Shown here in pieces: positions 40,152 through 49,835 of a DNA stretch of 64,000 bases. Numbering within the stretch: the stretch's first letter is position 1; the number at the start of each line of letters is the position of its first letter. Below the pieces are notes generated by a model. That model saw only the letters and a list, made by a program, of their open reading frames with translations. It did not search any database and was not told where the DNA came from. The position numbers and the translations under genes were made by a program. The stretch is taken from positions 364 to 64,363 of the forward strand of contig CAYHAE010000001.1 of NCBI GenBank assembly GCA_964354545.1, read 5' to 3'. This DNA comes from an uncultured Planctomycetia bacterium. GTDB lineage: Bacteria > Omnitrophota > Gorgyraeia > 2-01-FULL-45-10 > JAHFGN01.

Positions 40152-41408
40152 GTGAAAGGACAGGGAGAGATCGTCGCGATGTGTCGAAAGGCCAAGGCTG
40201 CCTCGGGCCTGCTCGCGCGTGCGGATACGAAGACAAAGAACGCCGTGCTTGAAGAGATGTCCCGCGCCCTCATCGACGAGAAGGGGTACATACTGCGGGA
40301 AAATGCGAAGGACCTCGCACGCGCAAAGGCGCTCTCGCTTTCGCGCGCGATGATCGATCGACTCCGTCTCGACGACGCGAGGATTGCATCGATGGCAGAA
40401 TCCGCGGCCCAGATCGCCCTGCGGGAGGACCCTGTGGGCGAGATCACGGAACTTCGGAAGAGGCCCAACGGGTTGCTCATAGGCAAGATGCGCGTGCCCA
40501 TCGGTGTTATTTTGATCATCTACGAGTCGAGGCCGAATGTAACGAGCGACTGCGTTGCCCTGTGTCTGAAGTCGGGCAACAGCGTCATACTGCGGGGCGG
40601 GAGCGAGGCGATCAATTCGAATAGAGCGATCTACCGCGTGCTCTACAAAGCGGCCCGCAGGCTCGGCGAAGGAGCGGTCTCCCTGGTCACCGATCCTGAT
40701 AAGAGAATTGTGAAGACCCTCCTCCACCAGTCCGCATCTATAGACCTCGTGATACCGCGCGGAGGTGAGTCGCTCATCGAGGAGGTCGCCCGCGAGTCCC
40801 GGATACCCGTCATCAAGCACTATAAAGGGGTGTGCCATACGTATGTCGATGAGCGGTGCGGCTTAGATATGGCCGAGAAGATCTGCATGAACGCCAAGGT
40901 CCAGAGGCCCGGGGTGTGCAACGCAATGGAGACCATGCTTGTCCACCGCGCGATCGCGAAGAAATTCTTGCCGAAGATCGCGAAACGGCTCAAGGGTGCC
41001 GGCGTCCAGATACGCGGATGTGCGGCGACGAGGGGCATACTTAAAGGCAGGGGTATCAGGGCCGCCACCGAAGACGATTGGTATGCGGAGTATCTGGACC
41101 TCATCCTCGCGGTGCGGGTGGTCGACAGCCTCGATGAGGCCATTTCCCACATCGCCCGTTATGGCTCTCAGCACTCCGACGCGATCGTGACGGAAGACTA
41201 TGGGAATGCGTTGAGATTTCTGAAAGAGGTCGATTCCGCGTGCGTGTACGTCAATGCCTCCACGCGGTTCACGGACGGCAATCAGTTCGGAAAAGGAGCG
41301 GAGATAGGCATTTCCACCGACAAGCTCCATGCGCGCGGCCCGATGGGCCTCGAGGAGCTCACGAGCTACAAGTACGTCGTATTCGGGAACGGACAGATCA
41401 GGGAGTAA
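40152..41408 (+). CDS. proA: Gamma-glutamyl phosphate reductase
   Basis: IYESRPNV, IPRGG, CNAMET, YVNASTRFTDG, KLHARGPMGL. Confidence 0.97.
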   Translation: MKGQGEIVAMCRKAKAASGLLARADTKTKNAVLEEMSRALIDEKGYILRENAKDLARAKALSLSRAMIDRLRLDDARIASMAESAAQIALREDPVGEITELRKRPNGLLIGKMRVPIGVILIIYESRPNVTSDCVALCLKSGNSVILRGGSEAINSNRAIYRVLYKAARRLGEGAVSLVTDPDKRIVKTLLHQSASIDLVIPRGGESLIEEVARESRIPVIKHYKGVCHTYVDERCGLDMAEKICMNAKVQRPGVCNAMETMLVHRAIAKKFLPKIAKRLKGAGVQIRGCAATRGILKGRGIRAATEDDWYAEYLDLILAVRVVDSLDEAISHIARYGSQHSDAIVTEDYGNALRFLKEVDSACVYVNASTRFTDGNQFGKGAEIGISTDKLHARGPMGLEELTSYKYVVFGNGQIRE

Positions 41409-41419
41409 CGGCAAATAAC

Positions 41420-41655
41420 GTTCCGCCGGAGGCGGATCCGCCTTCGGCGGAAAAGTGCAAAGCGTCCGCTACTAAATCATCAGCGGACGCCCGCCAAAGT
41501 TCGCTACTAATGCTTCAGCGAACCCGCTGATGCATTAATGGCGGGCTTTGTGGCGGGCGAAAAACGAAAAACTGTGGTGTCCCTCCGGGACCTAAATGTA
41601 AAGGTCGCGGGAGCGACTCCACCGTTTTGCGTTTTGCGCTTTTAGTTTTTCGCTG
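41420..41655. repeat. Cluster of nested REP-like hairpins within heptamer-type inverted flanks
   Basis: ttccgccggaggcggatccgccttcggcggaa; gtccgcta..cagcggac; gttcgcta..cagcgaac; cgcccgccaaag..ctttgtggcgggcg; aaaacgaaaaact / gttttgcgttttgcgcttttagtttt. Confidence 0.8.
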
Positions 41656-41668
41656 GTATGCGCATATC

Positions 41669-42238
41669 ATGAGAATAGGTATACTCGGAGGAACATTCAA
41701 TCCGATTCACATAGGCCATCTTATCCTGGCAGAGGATGCGATCGGAAAGCTCATGCTTGACAGGGTGATCTTCGTGCCCGCCTATCTGCCGCCCCACAAA
41801 GAGATCGAGGACGGGCCCCGTGCGGCGGACAGGCTCGCGATGGTGAGGCTTGCGATCGAAGGCAATCCCCGTTTTGAGGTCTCCTCCATTGAGATCGACG
41901 CGCGGAAGAAGTCCTACTCGATAGACACGCTCAAGATCTTCAAGGGCATGTACGGCGACGGGGCGAAGCTCTTCTTCCTCACCGGCTCCGACTCCCTGAA
42001 GGACCTCTTCTCGTGGAAGGACGTGGAAGAGATCTTTAAGATATCGAAATTCGTGGTCGCACACAGGCCCGGCTATCCGGTCGAGAACGTTCCGAAGGAG
42101 GTCGAGACCGTTGTGATCACGCCCATCGAGGTCTCGTCGATGGACATCAGGCGGCGCCTCAATGAAAAGAGGTCCATCCGGTACCTGGTCCCCGAACCAG
42201 TGAGGCAGTATATCATCGAGAAGCGGTTGTACAGTTGA
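41669..42238 (+). CDS. nadD: Nicotinate-nucleotide adenylyltransferase
   Basis: GILGGTFNPIHIGH, PPHK, SYSIDT, GSDS, VSSMDIR. Confidence 0.97.
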   Translation: MRIGILGGTFNPIHIGHLILAEDAIGKLMLDRVIFVPAYLPPHKEIEDGPRAADRLAMVRLAIEGNPRFEVSSIEIDARKKSYSIDTLKIFKGMYGDGAKLFFLTGSDSLKDLFSWKDVEEIFKISKFVVAHRPGYPVENVPKEVETVVITPIEVSSMDIRRRLNEKRSIRYLVPEPVRQYIIEKRLYS

Positions 42239-42263
42239 CTACGTCTTTCGGATATGCTATAAT
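42235..42263 (+). promoter_or_regulatory. Near-consensus sigma70 promoter
   Basis: TTGACT-17 bp-TATAAT with TG at extended -10. Confidence 0.75.
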
Positions 42264-42359
42264 TACGTCACTACATCAGAATACAAACGGAGCGAAGGAG
42301 CGAAAGGCTATCGATGGCCATATGCCCGCATTAACAAAATACGCAAGGAGGTGAGTTGA

Positions 42360-42503
42360 ATGGCAGAGACAGGGTATTGTGTGAAGTGTAAGTCGAAGAA
42401 AGAGATGAAAGACACATCAAAGGTTACGATGAAGAATAAGCGAGAGGCGATGAAAGGCAAGTGCGTAACGTGCGGCACCGGAATGTTCAGGATAATGAAG
42501 TAA
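42360..42503 (+). CDS. 47-aa basic zinc-ribbon protein (DUF5679-like), below ORF-track cutoff
   Basis: MAETGYCVKCKSKKEMKDTSKVTMKNKREAMKGKCVTCGTGMFRIMK; RBS AAGGAGGTG; own promoter. Confidence 0.88.
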   Translation: MAETGYCVKCKSKKEMKDTSKVTMKNKREAMKGKCVTCGTGMFRIMK

Positions 42504-42557
42504 AGGTAGTGCGCATTCTTTGGACGAAGGCGCACCGCCGATAAGAGGTGAGAGCCT

Positions 42558-42965
42558 ATAGAAACCAGCGAAAAACTTTTGGCAATAGCCAAAGCCGCCT
42601 CGGAGAAGAAGGCCGTCGATATTGCCATCATAGATATGAGAAAGATGTCCTCGCTCGGAGATTATTTTCTCATCGCGAGCGGGGCATCTGCACCTCAGGT
42701 CAGGGCGATATGCGAAAATATCATTGAGAAGCTGAAGGGTCTCGGCATCAGGCCGTGGCATGTTGAGGGAGATCTAAGAAAACCAACATGGATAGTGCTC
42801 GATTATGGTGATGCGGTAGTCCATATATTTCACGAGGAGACTCGTACGTTTTATAACTTAGAACGCCTTTGGGGAGATGCGCCTCAAAGGCGTTTTAAGC
42901 CTCGGGCGAAGAAGAAGGGCTCGGATGCGAGAAAAAAAGGTTCCGCGCGAAAGGCACGCGCGTAG
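42558..42965 (+). CDS. rsfS: Ribosome silencing factor (start ATA 42558 or TTG 42579)
   Basis: EKKAVDI..DYFLIASG..QVRAI..WIVLDYGDAVVHIF..FYNLERLWGDA. Confidence 0.93.
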   Translation: METSEKLLAIAKAASEKKAVDIAIIDMRKMSSLGDYFLIASGASAPQVRAICENIIEKLKGLGIRPWHVEGDLRKPTWIVLDYGDAVVHIFHEETRTFYNLERLWGDAPQRRFKPRAKKKGSDARKKGSARKARA

Positions 42966-44058
42966 GTTCAGCCTGGAGAAGTCCCTCAAGACGAAGATCG
43001 AAGAGATCACCGCGCTCTACGAGGTATCCAAGACCATTACCTCTTCGATGAACCTGCGGAAGATGCTCAACCTCATCGTTCGGCAGGTATCGCGCATCAT
43101 GCACTGCACGATATGTATGATACATCTTGCGAAGGGCGGGCGGCTCACCGTGAAGGCCTCGCATGGGCTCACGAAGGGGTATTCGGAGTTGCGGAAAGAC
43201 CTCACGATAAGAAGATCTTTCCTGGGCCTCGCGGTCTCCGAAAAGAGGTCCTACATTGTCAAAGACCTGAGGCCGTATCCCGATGAGGCGTTTTCGCGTA
43301 CCGCGAAGGCGGGGCTGGTCCGGTCGCTCCTCGTCGTTCCGCTCATCGAAAAGGGCATCGTCCTGGGAACCCTGAGCGTATTCGACCACAGCGTCAACGC
43401 ATTCTCTAAGGATGACGAGGAAGAGCTCCAGCTCTTCGCGAGCCAGGTGGCTGTTGCGATAGAGAACGCGAAGCTCCTCGAAGACATGAAGCAGAATTAC
43501 CTTAACGTCATGAACCTGCTCGCGAGCGTGATAGATGCCAAGGACAGCTATACGGAGGACCACTCGGAGAGGGTCATGCGGTTCTCATTGGGTATCGCGG
43601 GTGAACTGGGCATCAACGGCCAGCTCAAGGATAACATAAAGTATGCGAGTTTCCTTCACGACATAGGGAAGATCAACATCGACGCGAGCATCCTGCAAAA
43701 ACCGGGGCCGCTCACAAAAGAAGAGTGGACGAAGATGAGGGAGCATCCGAAGACGGCATCAAAGATAATATCAAAAGCCGGATTCCTCAACGAACTCATC
43801 CCTATCATACTCTACCACCACGTCCGGTATGGGGGAGGGGGATACCCCTCCTGCGCGAAGAGCGGAGATGAGATACCGATCGGATCGAGGATCCTTGCGG
43901 TCGCCGACGCATATGAGGCCATGACGAGCGATCGACCGTACAGGCGCGGCCTCTCAAGGCGAGAGGCGATACAAGAGCTGAGGCGGTGCGCGGGCACACA
44001 GTTCGATCCGAAGGTGGTACATGCATTTACAAGATTCCTCATCCACAAGAAGAAGTAA
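42925..44058 (+). CDS. GAF + HD-GYP domain protein (cyclic-dinucleotide phosphodiesterase-like)
   Basis: GAF (FASQVAVAIENA), DAKDSYTEDHSERV, LHDIGK, HH..GGGYP, VADAYEAMTSDRPYR. Confidence 0.92.
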   Translation: MREKKVPRERHARRFSLEKSLKTKIEEITALYEVSKTITSSMNLRKMLNLIVRQVSRIMHCTICMIHLAKGGRLTVKASHGLTKGYSELRKDLTIRRSFLGLAVSEKRSYIVKDLRPYPDEAFSRTAKAGLVRSLLVVPLIEKGIVLGTLSVFDHSVNAFSKDDEEELQLFASQVAVAIENAKLLEDMKQNYLNVMNLLASVIDAKDSYTEDHSERVMRFSLGIAGELGINGQLKDNIKYASFLHDIGKINIDASILQKPGPLTKEEWTKMREHPKTASKIISKAGFLNELIPIILYHHVRYGGGGYPSCAKSGDEIPIGSRILAVADAYEAMTSDRPYRRGLSRREAIQELRRCAGTQFDPKVVHAFTRFLIHKKK

Positions 44059-44059
44059 C

Positions 44060-45733
44060 ATGTTCTCTGGACGGATAGAAAATTCACTCACTGCGCTCAT
44101 TGGCGCGGCCGTTGCGAGCCTCGCGAAAACTTCAGGGCTCGCAGGGTTGTCGCACCTCGATATAGTGCTTGAGATCCCCAAAGACCGCTCCCACGGCGAC
44201 CTCGCGACCAACGTCGCCTTCAGGCTCGCGCCGCACCTCCGTACGAACCCTCTCGAGTGCGCCCGACTTATCGCCGATTCCATCGCGGTGAGCCTTAAAT
44301 CGTCCGAGCTTACAGGAGCCATAGACAGGGTCGAGGTCAAGGAGCCCGGTTTCATAAATTATTTCCTGAGCAGGGAGTATCTCTACAGGGTCATCCTTGA
44401 CATCAAGAGGGAAAAGGCCGGATACGGCAGTTCCGGCATAGGCAGGAAAGAGAAGGTGCAACTTGAATTTGTGAGTGCGAATCCGACGGGGCCGCTCACC
44501 ATCGCACACGCGCGCCAGGCGGCGGTCGGCAACGCCCTCGCGACCATACTGGAGTTCTCCGGCCATAAGGTCACGCGGGAGTACTACATCAACGATGAGG
44601 GGACGCAGATGGACATCCTCGGGAAGTCTATCAGGGCGCGATACCGCACCTTGTGCGGCGTCCAAGAGGAGTTCCCGGAGGACGGGTATAAGGGGACGTA
44701 CATCATGGACATCGCGAAAGACCTGAAAAGACAGTATGGCACCAGGCACTCGACAACGGAAGACCTGCGGCCTTTCGTCCGGTTCGGCTACCGATGGATC
44801 ATGAAGGACATCAGGAAAGACCTGAGAGATTTCGGGGTGAAGTTCAACGTGTGGTACAGTCAGGCGGAACTGAGAAGCGGCGGAAAGGTGAATAGGGCGC
44901 TCGGGCTGCTCAAGGAGAAAGGGTACATAGTCGAGCAGGACGGGGCGACGTGGTTCACGTCAACTCGCTTCGGGGACGACAAGGACAGGGTTGTGATAAA
45001 GTCTGACGGGAGCCTCACGTATCTGGCGACGGACATCGCGTACCACCTCGATAAATATAAGCGGCGGTTCAGGAGGGTGATAGACATCTGGGGGCCGGAT
45101 CACCACGGCTACATCCCGCGGATGAAGGCTGCGGTGAGGGCGCTCGGGTATGACTCTGCCGCGCTCGATGTCTTGATCGTGCAGCTCGCGACGCTCATAC
45201 GGGAAGGTAAGCAGGTATCCATGTCGACGAGGGCAGGGGAGTTTGTGACGCAAAGAGAGGTCATCGACGAGATAGGAGGGGATGTCGCAAAATTCATTTT
45301 CCTGTCGCGAAAGCTCGACAGCCACCTCGACTTCGATCTGGATTGCGCGAAGAAAGAGTCATTAGAAAATCCCGTCTACTATATTCAGTACGCCCACGCG
45401 CGGATCTGCAGCATACAGCGATACGCAAAGTCCATAAAACGGGAGACCTTTAATTCGAAGCTCCTCGTGGAGCCTGATGAGCTTGAGCTCGTGAGGCTCC
45501 TGAGACAGTTTCCCATGGTGGTGCACCAGAGCGCCAAGAATCTGGAGCCGAACGGCATCACCGTGTATCTTCAGAACCTCGCCGCATGTTTTCACAATTT
45601 CTATAACAAGGTGAGGGTGGTGAGCGACGACAAAACGCTCACGATGGCGAGGCTCGTGTTAGTGGATTGCGTGAGGATAGTCCTTGCCAACGGTCTCAGG
45701 TTGTTGGGGGTATCGCTGCCGAAGAAGATGTAG
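44060..45733 (+). CDS. argS: Arginyl-tRNA synthetase
   Basis: HGDLATN, EFVSANPTGPL, GDDKDRV, WGPDHHGY, MSTRAG, NPVYYIQYAHAR. Confidence 0.97.
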   Translation: MFSGRIENSLTALIGAAVASLAKTSGLAGLSHLDIVLEIPKDRSHGDLATNVAFRLAPHLRTNPLECARLIADSIAVSLKSSELTGAIDRVEVKEPGFINYFLSREYLYRVILDIKREKAGYGSSGIGRKEKVQLEFVSANPTGPLTIAHARQAAVGNALATILEFSGHKVTREYYINDEGTQMDILGKSIRARYRTLCGVQEEFPEDGYKGTYIMDIAKDLKRQYGTRHSTTEDLRPFVRFGYRWIMKDIRKDLRDFGVKFNVWYSQAELRSGGKVNRALGLLKEKGYIVEQDGATWFTSTRFGDDKDRVVIKSDGSLTYLATDIAYHLDKYKRRFRRVIDIWGPDHHGYIPRMKAAVRALGYDSAALDVLIVQLATLIREGKQVSMSTRAGEFVTQREVIDEIGGDVAKFIFLSRKLDSHLDFDLDCAKKESLENPVYYIQYAHARICSIQRYAKSIKRETFNSKLLVEPDELELVRLLRQFPMVVHQSAKNLEPNGITVYLQNLAACFHNFYNKVRVVSDDKTLTMARLVLVDCVRIVLANGLRLLGVSLPKKM

Positions 45734-45954
45734 CGTTCGCCCTCGAAAGACAGCGAATCCTTCGCATCACACCAGTGTCCATCCGTCTCACGCCATAGGT
45801 CTCGCTGCCGCGCCTGGGGCCGCGCGTGCCCAAAGGTCAGTGTGGCCTCCCCCGCGCATTCTGTCCCAGCTCCTGTCCGTATAACGGCGGAAGGAACGTC
45901 ACGGCCTCCGGCGCATGCAGTATCGGTTCGGTCGGACATCCTCATGGGGTTCAT

Positions 45955-47859
45955 ATGTTTGAGGCGATAAAGATCTACATAAACGTTGAGATCGACCTTG
46001 AGAAGCTCTCTCGGCAGCTCGTCGAGTATGGATACAGGGCATGTAAACGCGTGACCGAGGAGGGTGATTTCTCGCGGCTCGGCGATACGATCACCGTCTA
46101 TCCCGTCACGTTCCAATATCCCGTGAGGATCGGCCTCTCTGTGAACCGGGTCGAGTCCGTTTGCTCTTTGGACCCGGCCACCAATGACATACTCGATTCA
46201 CACAATGTCGCTATCATCCTTCCCCTCAAGGGGATGGCAGGTCATCTGCCCCCGAAAAAAGCCTACCCTTTCGAGTCGGGGGAGTCCCCCATCGATAATT
46301 TCGTCGATATAGACCCCGGCGACTACGTAGTGCACGTAGACCACGGGATCGCTGTCTACAAAGGGATGAAGCCGCTCAGGGCGGGTGCCCGATATGTCGA
46401 CCATCTCGTCCTCGAATACGCCGACGGCGACACCCTCTATGTCCCTTATGCCGAGATCAATAAGATCCAGAAGTACATAGGTCTCGACAGGCGCCGGCCG
46501 AAGATCTACCGGCTCGGGTCAAAGCTCTGGAAGAGGGCAAAGGAGCGCGCGTCGAGGGGCGTCGCGCGTGTTGCCCTGGAACTCCTGGAGCTCCAGGCGA
46601 AACGCTCGAGCGAGTCGGGATTCGCATTCTCAGCCGATACGGAGTGGCAGGCGGAACTTGAGCGCTCATTCCCTTATCAGGAGACGAGGGACCAGGCGAA
46701 CGCGACGCTCGAGGCGAAGAAGGATATGGAGTCCCCGAGGCCGATGGACCGTTTGCTCTGCGGGGATGTGGGCTATGGCAAGACGGAAGTCGCGCTGAGG
46801 GCAGCGTTTAAGGCAGTGATGGACAATAAGCAGGTCGCCATCCTCGTCCCTACGACGATACTCGCGGAACAGCATCTCACGACGTTCAGGGCACGGATGA
46901 AGAAGTACCCCGTTACCATAGAGATGCTCTCCAGGTTTCGCACGGAACATGAGCAGAAGGCCATCCTCGAGGGCATCACGATCGGCGCAGTCGATATCGT
47001 GATAGGGACGCACAGGCTCCTCTCTCCGGACGTGCGCTTCAAGGAGCTCGGGCTCGTCGTGATAGATGAGGAGCAGCGGTTCGGCGTGCGGCACAAGGAG
47101 AAGCTGAAGCGTTTGAGGCTCATCGTCGACGTGCTCACGCTCACCGCAACCCCCATACCGCGGACCCTGTATCTCGCGCTCATGGGCGGCAGGGACATCT
47201 CCACCATCAACACGCCTCCCTTGAACAGGCTGCCGGTAGAGACCCGCGTCGGCGAGTATGACGAGACCGTCATACGGGACGCGATCGTGCGCGAACTAAA
47301 GCGCGAAGGCCAGGCCTATTTCGTCAATCACCGGATCGCCGGCATAGAGAAGATCCGTGACCGCCTTGCAAAGATGGTTCCCGATGCGAGGATCGACGTT
47401 GCGCACGGCCGGATGCCGGAGAAGCTCCTCGAAAGGACGATGCTGAGATTCATTAAGGGCGAGATCGACGTGCTCGTATCGACGACCATCATAGAATCCG
47501 GCATCGACATACCGAATGCGAATACCCTGATCGTGAACAGGGCAGACATGTTCGGCCTCGCAGACCTCTATCAGCTCAGGGGCCGTGTAGGACGATTCGA
47601 CAGAAACGCCTTCGCGTACTTTTTGGTGCCAAAATCCTTTGTGCTCCCGGGCGATGCCCAGCGCAGGCTCGGGGCGATCAAGAAACACCAGGACCTTGGA
47701 TCCGGTTTCAAGATAGCGATGGAGGACCTCCAGATAAGGGGTGCGGGTAATTTGCTCGGGGTCGAACAGCATGGTTTCGTACAATCCGTAGGGTTTGACC
47801 TCTATTGCAGGCTCCTGAAAGAAGCCGTCGCCGCGTGTAGAGGAGCCGCGTCTCGCTAA
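45955..47859 (+). CDS. mfd: Transcription-repair coupling factor, minimal form (~634 aa)
   Basis: GDYVVHVDHG RID, FPYQETRDQ, CGDVGYGKTEV, DEEQRFG, TATPIPRTL, YQLRGRVGR, DLQIRGAGNLLG. Confidence 0.93.
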   Translation: MFEAIKIYINVEIDLEKLSRQLVEYGYRACKRVTEEGDFSRLGDTITVYPVTFQYPVRIGLSVNRVESVCSLDPATNDILDSHNVAIILPLKGMAGHLPPKKAYPFESGESPIDNFVDIDPGDYVVHVDHGIAVYKGMKPLRAGARYVDHLVLEYADGDTLYVPYAEINKIQKYIGLDRRRPKIYRLGSKLWKRAKERASRGVARVALELLELQAKRSSESGFAFSADTEWQAELERSFPYQETRDQANATLEAKKDMESPRPMDRLLCGDVGYGKTEVALRAAFKAVMDNKQVAILVPTTILAEQHLTTFRARMKKYPVTIEMLSRFRTEHEQKAILEGITIGAVDIVIGTHRLLSPDVRFKELGLVVIDEEQRFGVRHKEKLKRLRLIVDVLTLTATPIPRTLYLALMGGRDISTINTPPLNRLPVETRVGEYDETVIRDAIVRELKREGQAYFVNHRIAGIEKIRDRLAKMVPDARIDVAHGRMPEKLLERTMLRFIKGEIDVLVSTTIIESGIDIPNANTLIVNRADMFGLADLYQLRGRVGRFDRNAFAYFLVPKSFVLPGDAQRRLGAIKKHQDLGSGFKIAMEDLQIRGAGNLLGVEQHGFVQSVGFDLYCRLLKEAVAACRGAASR

Positions 47860-47896
47860 CGCCCCGCATTTTGCCTAAGGGCAAAAAATGCCGGGC

Positions 47897-47925
47897 TTGC
47901 AATTATATACTTAAAATGCTATAAT
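47897..47925 (+). promoter_or_regulatory. sigma70-type promoter
   Basis: TTGCAA-17 bp-TATAAT with extended TG. Confidence 0.7.
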
Positions 47926-47947
47926 GCCAAGGAAATATGGAGAAAAT

Positions 47948-48847
47948 ATGAGGAAAATCAGACCGTATATAATGCTCTACGGCGCGGTTGCTCTCATCAC
48001 ATCGGTCTCAGGGTGCGCAAAGAAAGATGATACAGCCGTCCTCGCCATGGTAGGGGACAGGGTCATATCGTCGAGGGAATTCACGAGCAGGATCGCGAAA
48101 CTGCCTTCCTACTATCAGACGGTAGTAGCGAGGAACAGGGAGAAGTTCCTGGATGACCTCATCGTCGAGGAGATATTCTATGAAGAGGCGGTTCGGACGG
48201 GCCTCACGAGGGATAGAGAGACCCAGGATGTGATAAAAGAGGCAAAGAAGAAGATACTCATCGCGCGGTTGTTAAAGAAAGAGGTCGAGGATAAGATACG
48301 GATCGACGAGAGCGAAGCGAGGAAATATTACGAGGAGCACAAGGATGAGTTCAAGTCTCCCGAGATGTGGCGCGCATCGCACATCCTTGTAGCGACGGAG
48401 GCCGAGGCGCAGGAGATACAGAACGGCATCGCTGCCCTGGGGTGGGATTTTGAGGAGATGGCGAAGGCCCGCTCGAGGGATGCGACGGCGAAGAGGGGCG
48501 GGGATATAGGCATGTTCACGAAGGGGCAGCTCGTCCCCGAGTTTGAGGAGGCGTGCATGAAACTCGAGGTCGGAAGCCCCTGCGAGATCGTGAAGACGCA
48601 ATTCGGATACCATGTCATCAAAGTGACCGAGAAGGTTCCCACAATGGCGGAAGAGTTCGGAAAGGTGAGGAGTTCCATCGAAGATCAGCTCAGGCGCGCG
48701 AGGAGAAAGATCCTCTTCAATGAGCTCATCGCGAACCTGAAGAAGAAATATAACGTAAAGGTTGAGACGGACGCGCTGAAGGAGATGGCAGAAAAGTCAA
48801 AGCCGGCAAAGGAAAAGGCGCCTCCCGGGAACACGACGGCGCCTTGA
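47948..48847 (+). CDS. Parvulin-type peptidyl-prolyl isomerase, lipoprotein (PrsA-like)
   Basis: Lipobox VSGC, ASHILV, GGDIG, VPEFE, KTQFGYHVIK. Confidence 0.9.
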   Translation: MRKIRPYIMLYGAVALITSVSGCAKKDDTAVLAMVGDRVISSREFTSRIAKLPSYYQTVVARNREKFLDDLIVEEIFYEEAVRTGLTRDRETQDVIKEAKKKILIARLLKKEVEDKIRIDESEARKYYEEHKDEFKSPEMWRASHILVATEAEAQEIQNGIAALGWDFEEMAKARSRDATAKRGGDIGMFTKGQLVPEFEEACMKLEVGSPCEIVKTQFGYHVIKVTEKVPTMAEEFGKVRSSIEDQLRRARRKILFNELIANLKKKYNVKVETDALKEMAEKSKPAKEKAPPGNTTAP

Positions 48848-48869
48848 GTGACTGGTGAGGTGTAAGGGT

Positions 48870-49835
48870 ATGGTTCGAAGGCACAGCACATGGTGCATGG
48901 CCGCTCTTTTCGGCGTCCTTATGATGGGCGCGGGGACAGGAGCCGCCGAGGTGGTCGATAAGGTCGTCGTTGTCGTGAACGATGAGGTGATCACGCTCTC
49001 AGAGGTCGACCAAAGGCTCGGCCCTCTATACCAGGAGTATCAGAACATTTACAGAGGCGCGGACCTCGCGAAGAAGGTGGAAGAGGCGCGGCAGAAGGTC
49101 ATCGATGAGCTCATCGACCAGAAGCTTCTCCTGGGAGCCGCGAAGAAGGAGGCCATAGAGGTGAAGGATAAGGAGGTCGAAGAGCGGCTCGAGGAGCTGA
49201 GGAAGAAATTCGGCTCGCGGGAGGATTTGGAGAGGGCGCTGATACGCGAGAATACCACGGTAGGGGAGATAAGGAAGAGGCTTAAAGAACAGATCGCGGT
49301 GAAAAAATTTATAAATAATAGGATCATCTCGAAAATAACAGTCTCCCCTGTTGAAGTGCGCGATTACTATGAGGCGCACCGCCATGAGTTCGGGGAACCG
49401 GAGAAGGTCAAGATGAGGGATATCCTCATCAAGATAAAGGACGGGGGAGGGTCAAACGAAAACCCTGCCGTGCTTGCCGCAGAGGTCGCGAGGAGGTTGA
49501 GAGAGGGGGGCGACTTCGCGGGGCTGGCGAAGGCCTACTCCGAAGGGCCCGGCGCGGATGAAGGCGGCTCTATGGGGTATGTGAAGAAAGGCGACCTGAA
49601 GAAAGAGATAGAGGATGTCGTCTTTGCGCTGAAGCCGGGAGAGTGTTCGAATGTCATCCGGACAGATCTGGGCTGCTACATATTTAAAGTCGAGGAAAAG
49701 GTCCCCGCCAGGGTACGGGAGCTCTCCGAGGTTCGCGTTGATATCGAAAACTTTTTGTTCAACAACAAGGCGGGAAGAAGCCTCAGAGAGGTTGCGAAAG
49801 ACCTCAGGAAGAATGCGTACATCGAGTTCAAATGA
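48870..49835 (+). CDS. surA: SurA-like periplasmic chaperone/parvulin
   Basis: VVDKVVVVVNDEVITLSE SurA N-domain, FAGLAKAYS, GGSMG; surA-pdxA-rsmA synteny. Confidence 0.8.
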   Translation: MVRRHSTWCMAALFGVLMMGAGTGAAEVVDKVVVVVNDEVITLSEVDQRLGPLYQEYQNIYRGADLAKKVEEARQKVIDELIDQKLLLGAAKKEAIEVKDKEVEERLEELRKKFGSREDLERALIRENTTVGEIRKRLKEQIAVKKFINNRIISKITVSPVEVRDYYEAHRHEFGEPEKVKMRDILIKIKDGGGSNENPAVLAAEVARRLREGGDFAGLAKAYSEGPGADEGGSMGYVKKGDLKKEIEDVVFALKPGECSNVIRTDLGCYIFKVEEKVPARVRELSEVRVDIENFLFNNKAGRSLREVAKDLRKNAYIEFK

